Source: Eledone cirrhosa (Eukaryota). From it: a DNA stretch of 64,000 nt. Position 1 is the first letter of the stretch, and the number at the start of each line of letters is the position of its first letter. Under the pieces are notes generated by a model. It searched no databases, had not been told where the DNA came from, and worked only from the letters and a program-made list of their open reading frames with translations. The position numbers were made by a program, and so were the translations under genes. Positions 1-12,992 of this stretch are shown here, in pieces. Location: contig OZ024740.1 in NCBI GenBank assembly GCA_964016885.1, positions 428,110,001-428,174,000 of the forward strand. Reading direction: 5' to 3'.

Positions 1-33
1 GCATAATAGCCACGAAACTACGTAGTCGAGGAT
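1..33 (+). ncRNA. Probable 3' half of a minimal type I hammerhead ribozyme (Penelope/retrozyme-type), cut by the window edge
   Basis: GCATAATAGCCAC-GAAA-CTACGTAG-TC-GAG fits the hammerhead 3' core: GAAA at 14-17, palindromic helix III ACTACGTAGT at 17-26, GUC cleavage triplet at 25-27. The CUGANGA box would lie just upstream of base 1 and is not visible. Confidence 0.45.
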
Positions 34-92
34 AATGAAGGAATTTGGGTATATTATATCTTTTTATTTATATCTAATATTTCTTCTTTCTT

Positions 93-280
<188 letters not shown>

Positions 281-598
281 AAGAACAAAAGATGGTTAAA
301 AGAGTTCCATGTATTTTATTATGCGCATTTTAAAAACAAATATCATCATGCAATAATATTTGTGTTTTCATCAGATAAAACAGGAAGACATGATATGAAG
401 GTTTAAAAACACTTGTGGATAGTGCAGTTTTAAATCAACATATCAACATATTTTTGAAATGCGTATAATAAAATACATGGAACTCTTTTAACCATCTTTT
501 GTTCTTATATATTATGTATACTCCAGTCCTACCAACTGTAGAGTGCTTCTTATCCGATATCTGCATTGCTTTATTGTACTACAATAAAACTCACCTCC

Positions 599-724
<126 letters not shown>

Positions 725-823
725 AAGAGATTGAATTAAAAAGATAAAATTTTTATTCAGCAGTTTTCTTCCAGCATTAAACATGATTCTCAGTTCTAAC
801 CACATAGACATTAGCCTCCCGCA

Positions 824-1100
824 TACACCATAACGGAGAATATCTTCCTGGACTCCGAGTTTAACAGGTGAGTTGGACAAGAAACCACCACATTTAGCCA
901 CCTTATCATGAAACAGTGGGAGAAGAGAAATCTGACCTCGAACACTGCAATTGCAGTCTTTAGGGCATTCATCCCCCAGCATACCGCTCTACCACAGAGA
1001 GGCACGGGGCCATTCTTCCGGAGAAGCATTCTGGACATTAAGTGGACCGACCGAGTCACCAGGGCCGAAGTCCTCAACCGCGTCAACGTACACAGCTTAT
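824..1100 (+). mobile_element. Degenerate RTE-clade LINE fragment (region C-terminal to RT)
   Basis: One frame reads YTITENIFLDSEFNR*VGQETTTFSHLIMKQWEKRNLTSNTAIAVFRAF...RRSILDIKWTDRVTRAEVLNRVNVHS. This resembles the RTE/BovB pattern TI..N..LD.EIN.RIGKA..TF..L..RVW....L...TK.AVY.A...RRIL.I.W.DRVTN.EVL.RA. It carries an in-frame stop and a probable internal deletion. Confidence 0.75.
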
Positions 1101-1353
1101 CCTGTGTTTAAAAAGTAGTGTATTATATGTTAGGATAATGCTTTCTAAACATTTGGACATGAAACTTCTGAATCAGTGATGACATGGAAATCAACGACAG
1201 AAATAAGACAACAAAACTAAGATCTTTTCCCGGGGAAACGGAAGAAAACATGTCGTTGGGGGTAGTCTGAACTGAAAATGTTGACGCAAGACAGTAAATA
1301 CTGTGAGACACTTAGGGTGGTGTTGTTGTGTCTCTGATACATGAGTGTGATTG

Positions 1354-1916
1354 ACAAGTTACAGTAGAGAGTTTGAAGGTCTCTACGGTGGTGTTGTGTG
1401 TCTGAGGCACGTGTATCATACAAGTGATTCACAAGTTACAGTAGAGAGTTTGAAGGTCTCTACGGTGGTGTTGTGTGTCTGAGGCACGTGTATCATACAA
1501 GTGATTCACAAGTTACAGTAGAGAGTTTGAAGGTCTCTACGGTGGTGTTGTGTGTCTGAGGCACGTGTATCATACAAGTGATTCACAAGTTACAGTAGAG
1601 AGTTTGAAGGTCTCTACGGTGGTGTTGTGTGTCTGAGGCACGTGTATCATACAAGTGATTCACAAGTTACAGTAGAGAGTTTGAAGGTCTCTACGGTGGT
1701 GTTGTGTGTCTGAGGCACGTGTATCATACACGTGATTCACAAGTTACAGTAGAGAGTTTGAAGGTCTCTACAGTGGTGGTGTGTGTCTGAGGCACGTGTA
1801 TCATACACGTGATTCACAAGTTACAGTAGAGAGTTTGAAGGTCTCTACGGTGGTGTTGTGTGTCTGAGGCACGTGTATCATACAAGTGATTCACAAGTTA
1901 CAGTAGAGAATTTGAA
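1354..1916. repeat. 77-bp minisatellite, about 7.3 near-identical copies
   Basis: CTCTACGGTG recurs at 1381, 1458, 1535 and onward (period 77). Unit: ACAAGTTACAGTAGAGAGTTTGAAGGTCTCTACGGTGGTGTTGTGTGTCTGAGGCACGTGTATCATACAAGTGATTC. A diverged partial unit lies at ~1316-1353. Confidence 0.97.
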
Positions 1917-2024
1917 ATTCTCGAAGATTGATGAGATTTGGCAGAGGAAATTCTTAGTTTTATTTGGCTTCATTACTTTCAATGGCGATATCGTATAAGT
2001 TGTCCTTTCCTTCATATCTCAGAT

Positions 2025-2276
2025 GTTACACACACATACGCACGCAGAACCCATACACACACGCACGCCAGCGCACACACACGTTCACCTGCACACACAA
2101 ACCCACACACATATGCGAACACATAAATGTGTTTGCACAGCATACACACACAAACATACACACACATATTCACACACAAAGCCACACATAAATGTGTTTG
2201 GGCAGCACGCACACACACACGTACACCCGCACACACGCAAGCACACAAATGTTCTTGGGCAGCACACACACACTCA

Positions 2277-2335
<59 letters not shown>

Positions 2336-2512
2336 TTATACTTATGATATATATATATGTAATGTGAGCGTATCTATCTCTCTATATATATATGCGGATG
2401 TATATATATATATATATATATATATAAACATATATATATGTGTGTGTGAGTGTGTACGTGTGTGTGTATGTGTGTGTGTGCGTGTGTATGTGAGTATGTA
2501 TGTGTATGTGTG
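2025..2512. repeat. Compound (CA)n/(TA)n/(TG)n low-complexity tract containing three degenerate ~60-bp units
   Basis: A CACATAAATGTGTTTG..CAGCA-like motif recurs at ~2121, ~2184 and ~2243 inside the CA-rich tract. Confidence 0.9.
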
Positions 2513-3910
2513 AGTTTTCGGAATGATCAATATTGAAGAAACAGTCATTGATATCGTTTCTCTGAATTCCGTCACCTGAGGGAAGATGTAAATATACTAC
2601 CTTCGATTAGGCGGAGGTATCGGGCACTATTAGAAAATCAATAACACATATAATTACGTATTTTAAGAAGGAATCACAGCTAGACATGCAGTGCACTCAT
2701 AACATAGCACCAGTGTTTTTGATCGTGGCTGGTAAGAGAACTTTATAGTAAAGTTACCTCTTACGTTAGATATACATCTGATATTTGTTGACTCGGAAGT
2801 TTGTTGTCAGACTAACAACCAACGGTGTGCCGGTGAAGCTGTGCCACACCAATATTCTATCAACTCTATTTCGTTAATGTCTCCCACACTACTACCCCCT
2901 TCCCCGTATATTAATGATTTACTTTCTCTCCCTTCTAAGTAAACACATATCTATGGAGGTGATGACTTTTCTCGCTTCTTATTTACCTTTCTTCACATAT
3001 GTGTTTTCTACACGCAATCTAAACACTTCACGCTCGAATCTAAACACTGACTGCATTCTACTCTCCTTCATAGTACAGTTCTGCTGCGACTTGTGTTCTT
3101 CAAAAGTCTGAAGAGTCAGACTTTTATGAAAACAATAATTGTTTTTTATATCACTTCTTGAACATGACCAAATAATCAATTAAAATCTTTATACTTACTA
3201 TAAAGGATAGACATTACGACCTCTTGTAAGAAATTATGGTAAACGCCCTTTTGTCGCGAATCAACATGGGATTTGCACCTAGAATGTTTTCTTCCGAGGC
3301 ACAAGTCCGGGAAAGTTTGTTTGTGGAAGTCTAGAAGTCATCCATGTGTGCCAATCTCCCATGTATAAAAAATAACTAAGAATCTGAGAGCTTAGAAATA
3401 TTTTAAACGAGATCAGTTTTTTTCTGTTTGCAACACACAAACAACAATAACAGGTATATCGATATCTATAAAATAGTTCGTGCTGCTGGAACTACTAACT
3501 ACCATGTCGAAATCCAAATGAAGGTAATTCAATTGATTGACAAATAGATTCAATTACCAACAAACATCAATCACCTGCTTGGAATATTTTCTACTCTAAC
3601 TATCATGTCTACCTAACATAGTATATCTTCCCATGTCCATTTATCTCACCCACCTATCCCCTTCCCTGTATTTCTGTAGTATTTCACCTCTAAGACTCGG
3701 CACTAAATACATTGGCCGATACTTCGATACTTTCTTTAAAAAAAAGAGCTACTCTCTAAACATTTTTCGCAGTTTTCTTAATTTTTTTTCTTATAAAAGT
3801 GGGTAACGACGAACTTAATTTGATAACACCGTACACAGTATTAGGTTTGGTCTAATCAAGATGAGACTTCCTCTGAGAAACATTGTTTATATTGTTGGAT
3901 CTTCAATTCT

Positions 3911-4927
3911 TTGAAAAGTGATACAAGGTGCTTGGAAGTCAAATATGGTGATATTGCGAAGATGAACAGCTGGTTTTGTCCTACTGATTCCCATCCCAAG
4001 CACTTGTACCGAAGAACTGCTTTGTCATATGTCATCCCAAAAGACTCCTTTTTACTACGCAAGGCACCTTGTCATCTTCATATAGAAAATCCAAGCCAAG
4101 TCGACTCCACTCTTCGTCTATATGCCAAAACGTCAGATTCGCTGGTACAGGTTGGCAACACTTGTTTAGTGGTTTCGGACTTTACTCAACAACTTATCGG
4201 GCATTGCCGCCCTAACTTCCCACCAGCCTCTTCATTAGAAACTTATTAGGACTGGGATATCGAACCAGCTCTGTTTGGATTAATGTTTTCCTCTCTGGCC
4301 CCTTAGTGAGCATCTTTCTAACACGACTGGCACGACATCAACCATAGTTTAACTTGAATGATGATTGAGTCTTCTCTGAACCAACACCATCTCGCTTGCT
4401 TTTGGTCTACCTCGCAATCAAACAGTGGCATGGAGCTCAATTGGGTGCCACCTTCATCAGTCCGTACACTTCTTGATGATGAGTTCGCTCGCATGGGAAT
4501 TTCCATGCATTTAGACAACACTCGCTCACATTTCGTCATAATGTGCATCGTTTTACTTGCCAGGTTCCTTTGAATTACATCATTAAGAGGATCCGCAACG
4601 AGGCCGATTTCTTGATATAACCGAAGCCATATAGGGTTCGACTACGTTGAAGGTAAACAACAACATTGAATGATCTTTGTTCCGTTCGATAAAGTTAATT
4701 CACCTAATTTGTACGCCACGTGTTACGACATTTTATCCGGTACCGGCGTCAATACTTCGACTAGAAACCTGGTCGCCTCCAGTCGCGCTACAGAGGAACG
4801 GATGATATCTAAATACCAGTTATTGTTTGACCAATTCAATTTTGAGCAGTTCACTACTGATACATGCAGTATCTTTGTCCTGCGACTGCCCTTGTCCTAC
4901 AACAAATCTGGACAAGGGTATATGTAA
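3911..4927 (+). pseudogene. Heavily decayed non-LTR retrotransposon fragment, probably post-RT connection plus RNase H (I/LOA/R1-like group)
   Basis: Three ORF pieces (3911-4249, 4358-4573, 4670-4927) share one frame, separated by stops. LLRKAPCHLHIE...TLRL resembles LL.LPPLHLHI...ALRL. MELNWVPPSSVRTLLDDEFARMG resembles the RNase H C-terminal motif L.WVP.H.G..GNE.AD.LAR.G. Recognised by eye only. Confidence 0.4.
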
Positions 4928-5029
4928 AGAGGATGGCGCGACATAAGTAGAAATGGCTAGTGTAGCGGATACGGCTGGCTGTTCTCCGTGGTAATGTTTC
5001 ACCAATCTTGCCTTTGAGATACAAATGAT

Positions 5030-5436
5030 ATATGCAGTCCTGGAATGACATATAGAAAACAACAAAATACATGGGGTGAACAAACAAAAGAAACCATCAC
5101 CCTTGACAGCCACCCTGCGTGCAGAGGTGTGTTACTGCATGATACTGAGCTCCGATTGCACGAAGGCTTGAACAACCCTCTGGAAAGTTGCATATGAGAC
5201 AAAACACCAATACAGTGATAGAGGAACACAATTGAGTGTTTTTCGACTAAGACATTAAAGGGAATACGTAAACAAATAAATATAAAACATATTGGGACTG
5301 GAAAGAGAAGAGGATGTGTTGCAAGCAAGCTTTACAAATAGTAATGTAGTAGGGAGGAAATATGAATATACTTTCGTCAAAAAAGTGGAGAGAGAGGGTG
5401 AGGTGGGAGAGAGAGATGGTAAGGGGGGAGAAAGAG

Positions 5437-5471
<35 letters not shown>

Positions 5472-5935
5472 CACGTTGGTAAATAAACGGTTAGTTAATT
5501 GAAGGACTGCAGAGCGTTACAGTAGTAATATGTAGCAAAGTTGCACTCGAGAACGAAAGGAAAAAAAAAACGAATGGAAAAGAAAAACGAAAGGAAAAAA
5601 ACCCCCAAAGAATAGGGACGAACGATCAAAAGTATCCATCTCCTTCGTCAGCCATACAGGGCAATGTAATTTCGTGAATAAGTGGAGGTTTGCATGATAT
5701 TGAGTTCAGATTGAACGATGGATTGAACAACCGCCTGAAAGATGCATATAAGACAACACAACAACAGAGAAAAACACGATGAGTTTCTACACATATTCCA
5801 TCTAAGAACGTTTCCCCACAAAGTATTAGACAAACCAAGGATATAACAAAATATATTTCTCGTGTTGCCACGCAGAGACTGAACCAGAACCAACGTTGTT
5901 GCGATGCGTAAATCTTGGCCATAATGCCATGTTAG
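5030..5935 (+). mobile_element. Two diverged copies of a ~125-bp segment (5085-5207 and 5627-5759), possibly Mutator-like transposase remnants
   Basis: TGCATGATACTGAGCTCCGATTGCACGAAGGCTTGAACAACCCTCTG versus TGCATGATATTGAGTTCAGATTGAACGATGGATTGAACAACCGCCTG, translating as LHDTELRLHEGLNNPL and LHDIEFRLNDGLNNRLK. The duplication is directly visible; the family call is weak. Confidence 0.3.
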
Positions 5936-6112
5936 CTAACTTTTGTAATTCAAGTTGAACATCAAACGCTTTAAGCTCAACAGTCAGGACAAGGACAGCA
6001 GTGTCATATACTCGACTCCTTTACCCCTGACTATTATTTATATATGTGTCAATGTGAGGGTCAGCGTGTGCACACACATGCATCTATCTTTCCTCTCTAT
6101 AAATATAAAGAT

Positions 6113-6151
<39 letters not shown>

Positions 6152-6340
6152 CATAAATATATATATACATATATAGTATTAAGGATACTATTTATGGTTA
6201 TGTATATACTAAAACCTTTTATAGTTATATATATATTATACCCTAAATAGTGAAAGACAGTAATTCACTACTATCTTATTACCTGTAAGATATATAGCTC
6301 GATGTAACAACATCAGTTGTTTTACAGAGCAGTTATATAT

Positions 6341-7582
<1,242 letters not shown>

Positions 7583-7848
7583 TGTCGTGGTTTCTAAACT
7601 TTTAATCAGCCCAATACTTTCGAAATACATTCATTGTATAGCGAGCGGAAGTTTAATTTCAGATATAACCTACGTTTCCCATCATGCAATTTTATGCTTT
7701 CCAGTTTTTCTTCTAAGTCATTTACAAGAAATGTTGTATGTTGTACTTCCTGTCAGTATTTGACAGCCAAACGGAAGTAGAATACATTCATTTACGTTTT
7801 GACAGTAAAACCGTGAAAGTACGTTGTCCTACTGATAGTGGTAAATAA

Positions 7849-7860
7849 ACTACTACTACA

Positions 7861-7896
<36 letters not shown>

Positions 7897-7921
7897 GCTT
7901 CTGCTGCTGCTGCTGCTGCTG

Positions 7922-7959
<38 letters not shown>

Positions 7960-7960
7960 G

Positions 7961-8004
<44 letters not shown>

Positions 8005-8068
8005 GCTACTACTACTACTACTACTACCATCAACACCACCAGCACCACCACCAATACTACTACTACTA
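7849..8068. repeat. (CTA)n trinucleotide repeat with (CTG)n and (CCA)n interruptions
   Basis: Directly visible. Confidence 0.97.
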
Positions 8069-8100
8069 CCATGGGTGTTTTGATACATCCTAGCAGTTAA

Positions 8101-8879
8101 TGAGAGGGTGTTAGAGAGAGAGAGAGTGAGAGAGAGAGAGAGTGTTAGAGAGAGAGAGAGAGTGAGAGAGATAGGGGTGAGAGAGGGAGAGGGAGAGTTG
8201 AGCAGAAGAAGAAAAAGAAGAGCCAATGCCAAAGAGTGTATCTTTGTGTGTGTGAGTGTGTGTGTGTGTCTATGTGAGTGTGTGTGTATGTATCTGTATG
8301 TGTTTGTCTATGTGTGTGTGTTTGTGTATGTGTGTGTATGTGTGTGTGTATGTATGAGTGTGTATGTGTGTATGTGTGTGTGTGTACGTGTGTGTGTGCA
8401 TGTGCGTGTGTATGTATGTGTGTGTATGCGCGTGTGTGTGTATGTACATGTGTGTGTATGTGTGTGTGCGTGTGTATGTGTGTGTATGTATGTGTGTATG
8501 TGTGCGTGTGTATGTGTGTGTATATGTATGTGTGTGTGTGTATGTGTCTGTATGTGTGTATGTATGTGTGCATATGTGTATGTGTGTGTGTATATGTGTG
8601 TATGATGTGTATGTGTGTGTGTATGCGGGTGTGTGTATGTGTGTGTATGTGTGTATGTGTGTATGTGTGTGTATGTATGTGTGTGTATGAGTGTGTGTGT
8701 ATGTGTATGTGTGCATGTGTATGTATGTGTTGTGTGTGTGTGTATGTGTGTATTAGACTGTCACAAGGACATGTATATATATATGAATAGAGAGAGAGAG
8801 AGAGAACCAGACAGTTGTAGAGAGAGAGAGAGAGCAAGAAAATAACAAAAATGTATTAAATAAACAGATATATATATAC

Positions 8880-8914
<35 letters not shown>

Positions 8915-9034
8915 TATTTTCACAGACATATATATATATATATATACACAGACATATATATATATACAGTCACATATATATATACACAGACACATATATA
9001 TACACAGTCATTTATATATATACAGACACACATT

Positions 9035-9084
<50 letters not shown>

Positions 9085-9180
9085 CACATATATATACATA
9101 CATATATATATATACAGACACATATATATACACAGACACATATATATATGCATAACAGACATATATATATATACAGACAC
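8101..9180. repeat. Degenerate (GA)n, (TG/TATG)n and (TA)n+CAGACA microsatellite complex
   Basis: GA-rich at 8101-8200, TG-rich at 8244-8752, and a TA run punctuated by CAGACA at 8866-9180. Confidence 0.95.
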
Positions 9181-9228
9181 ATGCGTACACACTCAGACAC
9201 AACTCTCTCCCTATATATATGTGTGTGT

Positions 9229-9310
9229 ACCACCACAAGACACCCCTTCACCCAACACCCCCGACCCCATGGAAGTCGTGCAACCCGAACCCCGGGAAGC
9301 GGAAAGGTAG
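9229..9310 (+). pseudogene. Probable C-terminal remnant of ORF1
   Basis: A Pro/Glu-rich tail, [26 protein letters not shown], ends 33 nt before the ORF2 ATG. This is the position expected for a Tx1-type ORF1 end. Confidence 0.5.
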
Positions 9311-9343
9311 GTCTCTACACTCTCCTTTGGCTCTGCCGCCCAC

Positions 9344-12300
9344 ATGGATGTGTTAAGAGTAGGATGTTTGAATGCACGTGGCCTGGGCTCAACTTGGAAG
9401 CAAGCAAAGCTTCTAAATGACCTCAGGTCATGTAGTATAAATGTAATGGTTATCTGTGAGACTCGAATCAGCGTCATGCGGCAGCTGGCCCCCACCTTCG
9501 ATGACTTTGAGGTGCATGCATCTCTCTGTCAACCTGGAGGTGGGGGTGGGGTTGTCGTGCTGCTGCAAAAACACCTGGGTCTTGCCGTACAGGTTGTGCA
9601 CTCGGACCCGGAGGGTCGTTTGTTGGTGCTAGACGTTGGCAGTAGTGAAAGTGCGGCCTTGAGACTGGTCGCCGTCTACTCCCCTTTCGGAGCTGAACGG
9701 CCCGACTTCTTCCAGCGTTTGGAGACTTTTCTGGGAACGTCGCGTTCCCTGCTTCTAGCGGGGGATTGGAATGACATGCTGGATGCACGTTGGGACTATG
9801 CAGGAGCATGTCCTAATAGAGGGGGGTGTAACAGCCTCAAGGGGTTACTCGACCGTTTTAACTTGGTCGATAGATATCGACTAGATTTTCCAACTGTGCC
9901 TACCTGGACTTGGAGAAACCACAGTGGTCAATCTAGATCGTACTTAGATAGATTCTTAGTTAGAAGTAAGGATAGGGACATATTAAGCTGTCCAGAAATG
10001 CGCACGGTTGGCTACACGGATCACAAATTAGTGACCTGCGTGGTCAATCTCGAGAAAACACATAGACAGGGTCCCGGTTACTGGAAACTTAATTTGTCGT
10101 TACCGGCAAAAGAGACTTACAGAAACCGGATTAGCAGATTAGTTAAGGAGAGGTTGACGGGTGCAATCGTCAACAACCGATGGTGGGCATCTCTCAAAAG
10201 AGAGATTAGAACAGAATCAATAAGTTATAGCAAGATGTTAGCTGCCAATAGGAATAGAAACGAGAAAGAATTAACAGGTAAATTAGAAGAGGCAATCAAG
10301 AGCGAAGATGTGGCCAGAGTGATGGCATCGAGGACGGCCTTGAACCAGTTTTTCGATGCAAAGCATGAAGGCTGCGTCATTCGAAGTAAAATACGTGCTC
10401 TAGGTAATGAGGGGGCCAAAGCCGTTGGATGGGCCCGCGTGACAGAAGCTAAAAGTGGAAATCGATCCACCATCCGGTCGTTGCAAGACGAAGATGGACG
10501 AGTGATCCGGGAGCCTAAGCAGATGTGCGAGGCCTTTCAAAAGCACTTTGCCCGATTGTTCGGGGGAGGCGAGGGTCTGGGCCGGGGCGTGGATTTCGGT
10601 CCATACCTCGACGGCCTGCCGCGTCTCTCGAACAAAGAGGCAGAGTCCTGCGAGGGACCAATCTCGGCTGATGAGATCGGAGATGCGCTGAGCCAATGCA
10701 GCAGACGCAAATCTCCAGGTCTCGATGGTATACCTTACGAACTTTATTTAGCAATGCCGGTCTTCTTCTCCGAACTCCTCGAAGCGGTCTACTGCAATTG
10801 GCAGCAGAACGGGAGAATTCCTTGTTCTGTAGCCAAGGGCGTAGTCACGCTGGTGAGGAAGGACGAGAACAAGGGGGATAGTATAAATAATTTTCGGCCC
10901 ATAACCCTGCTAAACACAGAGTTAAAGATTTTGGCCAAGGTGTTAGCAAAGAGGTTGGCACTTGTCGTGGGTGGCCTGGTGGGAGATGCGCAGACATGTG
11001 CTATCCCATCCAGGTCCATTCACGATAACCTCCACCTCATGCGATACATCATAGAGAGGGTTGGCAACAAACCCGGCTTCGGTGGGGCCCTGATCAACTT
11101 GGATCAGTCTAAGGCCTTCGATAGGGTCGACCATGGTTACCTGGATGCGGTGCTAGCGGCGGCTGGGTTCGGTCCTGTTTTCAGAGGCTGGATCACTGCC
11201 CTACATAGCAACCACATCTGTTCTAGGATCAAGGTGAACGGCTACCTTTCGAAGCCGTTCGAAATCACACGATCCATTCGACAGGGGTGCCCTCTCTCCT
11301 CCCTTCTGTACGTATTGACTCTCGAGCCTTTACTGAGGAAGTTGGAGTTGTTGCAGGGTATCCCCCTGGAACCAGGATTGAGCAAAGCGGTGTCGGCCTA
11401 CGCCGATGACGTAACAGTAATGGTATCAACCGACTCGGAGATCGAGGCGATCGGTACCTTACTGGAGGAGTACGAAAGGTTGTCAGGAGCGAAACTGAAC
11501 CGGGAAAAATCCATCGGGCTGCAACTCGGAACGTGGAGAGGCAAACCGATGCCTCCTGACGGTGTCGTCGGACACTGGACGGAGGGCCCGGTAAAGTTGC
11601 TTGGGGTCTGGTTTGGACCGGACCTCCAGGTGGAAAAGAACTGGAACGAGGTTACGAACAAGGTGTTTGCACTAACCCAGAAATGGGCCAAGTGTAAGCT
11701 GTCCCTAAAAGGCCGGGCGGAGGTGGCGAACATTTACATAGCGTCCGTCACTTACTACCGCCTGACTGCCGTGCCTTGCCCTAAGGAAACACTCACCACC
11801 ATGGAACGCATGCTCTTCCAATTTCTTTGGAAGAAGCGTCCTCCTATGGTGAGAAGATCCATCTGCTGCCAACAACCTTCGAAAGGAGGGCTGGGGATGC
11901 CGTGGTTGATGATGCGTAGGCACGCATTAAGGCTACGGCACCTACAGGTATTCCTCACTGGTCAACCGGTGTGGGCTCCGTTCGTGAAACGAGCCTTTCC
12001 GAGACTCGTCTCACTCACCGAGCTACAGTCCTGGGTCAAGCAAAGATCCGGAAAACTGGGAGACTGGCACACTGAGTGTGCTCAGGCGCTCAGGGCTCTC
12101 TGGCAAGCGGGCCGGGCCATCGGTGGAGAATCCACCTCATCATTCTATAGAGGGCTGGTGGCTAGCAGGGGCGATGACACCCTTGGAGAGTCGCTGGACA
12201 TGGAGGAAGACGAACTGGCCAGCCTGTTCGGTAGGACTTTCGGCCCAGGACCAATGGACAACTTCCAGAAGTCACTGGCCTGGCAGTGCTACCGAGGGGC

Positions 12301-12781
12301 TCTACCCGTTCGAGAGAGGCTCTACAGACACGGGCGCCCGGGCAGGGATCCCTCAAAAAAGATTTGCCCTAGATGCGTGCGTCACGAAGAAACCGTGGCG
12401 CACGCATTGGTGCAATGTCCGGGCGTGGCTGATCTGTGGGGCTACGCCGAACAACTGCTGTCGCGGGTGGCGCCGATTAAATTGACCGCCGAGTCCGTGA
12501 TGACAATCAAACCGCCTCCCCTCTTCACAAAGGAAGCAAAGGCGGTTTTTCTGTGCGTAATAGCCATGTTGAAAGAGGTTGTTTGGTGGACACGATTGAA
12601 AGGTCTGAGGTCAGGCAACTTCCTCTCTGGCCATAGTCTGGTCTACTTCTTCCGATATCACTTCGGAAGAAGGATAAGAATGGAGAGAGAGGTGCTTGGC
12701 CACAGGCAGTTTTATGAAAGGTGGGTGATAGTGGCGAGAATGGCTCGTGTAAATGGGCCTTCTCTGTATACCATCCTGTAG
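9344..12781 (+). CDS. LINE ORF2 polyprotein, 1145 aa: APE endonuclease + reverse transcriptase + C-terminal zf-RVT-type zinc finger (Tx1/L1 clade)
   Basis: Endonuclease motifs [34 protein letters not shown]. Linker PGYWKLN. RT motifs [54 protein letters not shown]. Then GGLG and CPRC...[11 protein letters not shown]. No stops or frameshifts. Confidence 0.97.
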   Translation: MDVLRVGCLNARGLGSTWKQAKLLNDLRSCSINVMVICETRISVMRQLAPTFDDFEVHASLCQPGGGGGVVVLLQKHLGLAVQVVHSDPEGRLLVLDVGSSESAALRLVAVYSPFGAERPDFFQRLETFLGTSRSLLLAGDWNDMLDARWDYAGACPNRGGCNSLKGLLDRFNLVDRYRLDFPTVPTWTWRNHSGQSRSYLDRFLVRSKDRDILSCPEMRTVGYTDHKLVTCVVNLEKTHRQGPGYWKLNLSLPAKETYRNRISRLVKERLTGAIVNNRWWASLKREIRTESISYSKMLAANRNRNEKELTGKLEEAIKSEDVARVMASRTALNQFFDAKHEGCVIRSKIRALGNEGAKAVGWARVTEAKSGNRSTIRSLQDEDGRVIREPKQMCEAFQKHFARLFGGGEGLGRGVDFGPYLDGLPRLSNKEAESCEGPISADEIGDALSQCSRRKSPGLDGIPYELYLAMPVFFSELLEAVYCNWQQNGRIPCSVAKGVVTLVRKDENKGDSINNFRPITLLNTELKILAKVLAKRLALVVGGLVGDAQTCAIPSRSIHDNLHLMRYIIERVGNKPGFGGALINLDQSKAFDRVDHGYLDAVLAAAGFGPVFRGWITALHSNHICSRIKVNGYLSKPFEITRSIRQGCPLSSLLYVLTLEPLLRKLELLQGIPLEPGLSKAVSAYADDVTVMVSTDSEIEAIGTLLEEYERLSGAKLNREKSIGLQLGTWRGKPMPPDGVVGHWTEGPVKLLGVWFGPDLQVEKNWNEVTNKVFALTQKWAKCKLSLKGRAEVANIYIASVTYYRLTAVPCPKETLTTMERMLFQFLWKKRPPMVRRSICCQQPSKGGLGMPWLMMRRHALRLRHLQVFLTGQPVWAPFVKRAFPRLVSLTELQSWVKQRSGKLGDWHTECAQALRALWQAGRAIGGESTSSFYRGLVASRGDDTLGESLDMEEDELASLFGRTFGPGPMDNFQKSLAWQCYRGALPVRERLYRHGRPGRDPSKKICPRCVRHEETVAHALVQCPGVADLWGYAEQLLSRVAPIKLTAESVMTIKPPPLFTKEAKAVFLCVIAMLKEVVWWTRLKGLRSGNFLSGHSLVYFFRYHFGRRIRMEREVLGHRQFYERWVIVARMARVNGPSLYTIL

Positions 12782-12986
12782 GTAAAGAAGTAAAGGAGAG
12801 GGGAGCACCTTCTCCATGTGCTCCCCGGGCAAAGGATTGCACACTTTTTCGGGGGTGTGTGCAACCCCCATCACGTCCCCTCCCTTTTGAGGTTATTTTC
12901 GATTATTTTCATGTTACACCCTTTTTACTCGATTATATGTAAACTCCCCCTTTGTATTTGTCCCTTCTTTTTATGCCTTTATGGTA

Positions 12987-12992
12987 AATAAA
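12987..12992 (+). terminator. Polyadenylation signal at the LINE 3' end
   Basis: AATAAA lies 5 nt before the 3' copy of the putative target-site duplication. Confidence 0.6.

Noticed and set aside
1354-1916. 77-bp repeat as a tRNA array or CRISPR
   Set aside because: I see no cloverleaf or convincing A/B boxes, and there are no variable spacers.
3106-3140. CTGAAGAG...TGAAAAC as another hammerhead core
   Set aside because: Helix II closure and the helix III/cleavage triplet do not fit.
3235-3362. Segment resembling an interspersed repeat I associate with octopus genomes
   Set aside because: Recollection only; no boundaries, duplication or coding motif can be verified from this window.
9474-12942. 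Short alternative-frame and antisense ORFs inside the LINE
   Set aside because: Expected shadows of a GC-rich coding region, with no recognisable motifs.
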